From contig CM059432.1 of assembly GCA_030390025.1 (NCBI GenBank), positions 82,028,001-82,092,000 of the forward strand: a stretch of 64,000 nt of DNA, in the 5' to 3' direction. The stretch's first letter is position 1, and every line of letters begins with the position of its first letter. A model generated the notes under the pieces. The model worked only from the letters and a program-made list of their open reading frames with translations, ran no database searches and was not told the DNA's origin. Below, in pieces: positions 62,661 through 64,000 of this stretch. Made by a program: the position numbers and the translations under genes. Source of the stretch: Squalus acanthias (taxonomy: Eukaryota).

Positions 62661-64000
62661 TTATATGAATAAACAGATTAGTTGGAATAGGGTTTGTTTT
62701 TGTTAGCTTTATCGACTAAAAACCAATAGATCCAGAAGTTACTAAAATAGACTCTGATGAATACTGAGAGCACTGCACAACTTGGAGAAATTGAACTGGA
62801 AATGCAGCAATTTGTGGAGGTGCATTTCATAATAATAATAACAACTTGTATTTATAAAGCACCTTTAAGGTAGTAAAAAGTGCTTCATAGAGGTGAAAAT
62901 GAATGCAGATCAATGGTGGGTTGGTTAGGGGAGGTGACTGAAGGTAAAGTCAAAGGAGTTAAGGGCGGAGTGGAATGATGCTTCAGAGGTGGAATTAGGC
63001 GGTCTTGGTGAATAATAGAATATAAGATTTGAAGCTCAGCTTAGGGTCAAACAGAATTCAGTTTAACGTAGTTTAAAAAAATTACAGTAATTTACAGGGT
63101 GGTCTGTTTTCTTTTGCTCCATTATTCATGAATTACCCAGTCTACCGATGTGGAGATAGGTATATCATGTAGTGTAACAGTATAGCTTTCACTGGTGAGG
63201 AACGTCTCATAATGCACAATGAGCTTGCCGGTAATCCTTACCTAAGAAATATTTAAACTGTGTTTTAAAGTCACTATACAGGTACCAAAAGAAAATCAGT
63301 CAGTGACCTTTGGAAAACTGTTAACTTTATCTTAGTATTTTATAGTGCAGTTACAGTACATGCACCAGCTTGATTCCAGTGCTATTTTTAGAGCAGTGCA
63401 AGTGGACAGTGGGGAATTATTTTGCCCTGTCTGCACAGCTCCCTTAGGCAAAATACAGCTCTGTGTATGTATTCTTCCATGTGCAGTTCTGTGCACATGT
63501 ACTTTAATGCATACCTCTGTTCATTTCTACTTAAAGAACCAACTCTATGTATGTAGACTTTACTACCTGGCTGTGTTCATGAGTACTGTAATACACAGCT
63601 CCAGTCCTGTGTACCTCAGTGCACAGTTCCCCATGCACATGTATTTCAACATGAAGTTCTATTCATGGTTATTTTAATTACCAATTCCGTACACGCGGAC
63701 TTCAATATGCAGCTTTGTTCATATGTATTTCCCCATGTCACTTTCACAAAGTTAAATTGTAGTTATACTGTTCATCTTGTACTGGTGTGCTGCAAAAGCT
63801 ATCTCACACCAATGACTGATGTTCACTATAATAATTCTTAAATACATAAACTGTTTTATGATGACTTGAAGACGCTGCTGTGAATTCAGAACAGGTCTAT
63901 GTTACCATAAAAAAAAATGTTGGGCTGGCTGAAATATCATCTTATGTTACACAAAAGATTCTGAATTCTTCCGTGATTCACCCTCCAAGAATGCCAGATA

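Noticed and set aside
63345..63800. 110-aa ORF in degenerate repetitive sequence
   Set aside because: Low-complexity old tandem-like repeat with no recognisable protein.

Overview
Repeat-dense vertebrate genomic DNA. The repeat complement (CR1, L2, Deu-domain SINEs, Penelope pseudo-LTRs, Harbinger and hAT MITEs) points to a cartilaginous fish, most likely a shark. I recognise one cellular gene: an intact, intronless 861-codon SPICE1 (CCDC52) ORF at 26817-29402 (+) behind a CpG-rich promoter. It is a probable functional retrogene, since human SPICE1 is multi-exon. The rest is largely nested mobile DNA: a ~4.1-kb decaying two-gene Harbinger transposon, many non-autonomous Harbinger-like and hAT-like elements with visible TIRs and target-site duplications, CR1/L2/CR1-clade LINEs, a solo LTR, Penelope pLTR pieces carrying minimal hammerhead ribozymes, and two minisatellites that arose inside MITEs. 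A few non-repeat signals are flagged with low to moderate confidence, chiefly a G.U-biased long-range inverted repeat and orphan exon candidates. All calls were made by eye. Boundaries without a visible TSD are approximate.
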